A stretch of 64,000 nt of DNA from Amoebidium appalachense (taxonomy: Eukaryota > Protista > Ichthyosporea), in contig CAVNZM010000007.1 of the NCBI GenBank assembly GCA_963693365.1, forward strand, positions 3,779,962-3,843,961, in the 5' to 3' direction. A program made the translations under genes and the position numbers. This document shows positions 63,671 to 64,000 of this stretch, one piece after another; the stretch's first letter is position 1; each line of letters starts with the position of its first letter. Under the pieces are notes generated by a model that saw only the letters and a program-made list of their open reading frames with translations, searched no databases and was not told the DNA's origin.

Positions 63671-64000
63671 CTAAAACGTAAACGGGGTTAATAATTTGGC
63701 ACCACTGTATTACTGCGTGCAAGAGTAAAAGGGCATACATTTGAAAAAATGCATGGAGCATCATCAGCACGGCGTGCATTGAAATGTGGGGAAAAGGGAA
63801 AAAAAAAGAAAAAAAAAAAAAGAAAAAAAAAAAGGGGGAGGGGGGGGGGGGGGGGGGGGGGGAAGTAATAATAAAAAATAAAAAAAAAATAAAAAAAAGA
63901 GCGAAAGAGAAGAGTATTTGATTCAAAAAAGGAATGCAACATTGCAGGTCCCTTTTCCAGGAGAGGTGGGCAGATGAGCTGGTCATTGGCGAGCACCAAC

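Overview
Eukaryotic, intron-rich DNA full of poly-G/poly-C runs and (CA)n/(GA)n microsatellites. Most ORFs in the supplied track are repeat noise. Joining exons by hand gives five protein genes: a bacterial-type GH20 beta-N-acetylhexosaminidase (+, starts before the window); a ~24-kb receptor tyrosine kinase of about 25 exons (-; signal peptide, LRR, EGF/cbEGF, Cys-rich, TM, TK); a CSC1/OSCA/TMEM63 channel (-); an Era/ERAL1 GTPase (+); and the last two exons of ARP1/centractin (-). The RTK architecture suggests a unicellular holozoan, possibly an ichthyosporean (inference only). At 57.5-61.7 kb there is a nested non-LTR retroelement cluster: one element is inserted with an 11-bp TSD into the RNase H of another, next to an inverted diverged 3' end of the outer family. 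The most unusual signals concern the introns. Two families of ~100-145 bp elements lie in the host gene's sense orientation in every copy found, and their best copies end in a CTAAC branch-site motif. (CA)n or poly-C replaces U-rich tracts at many acceptors, 5' donors are degenerate or GC, and one intron appears built from tandem copies of its own exon junction. There is also a pre-miRNA-like hairpin. Single-base indels and garbled exons show imperfect consensus quality, so several signals need read-level confirmation.
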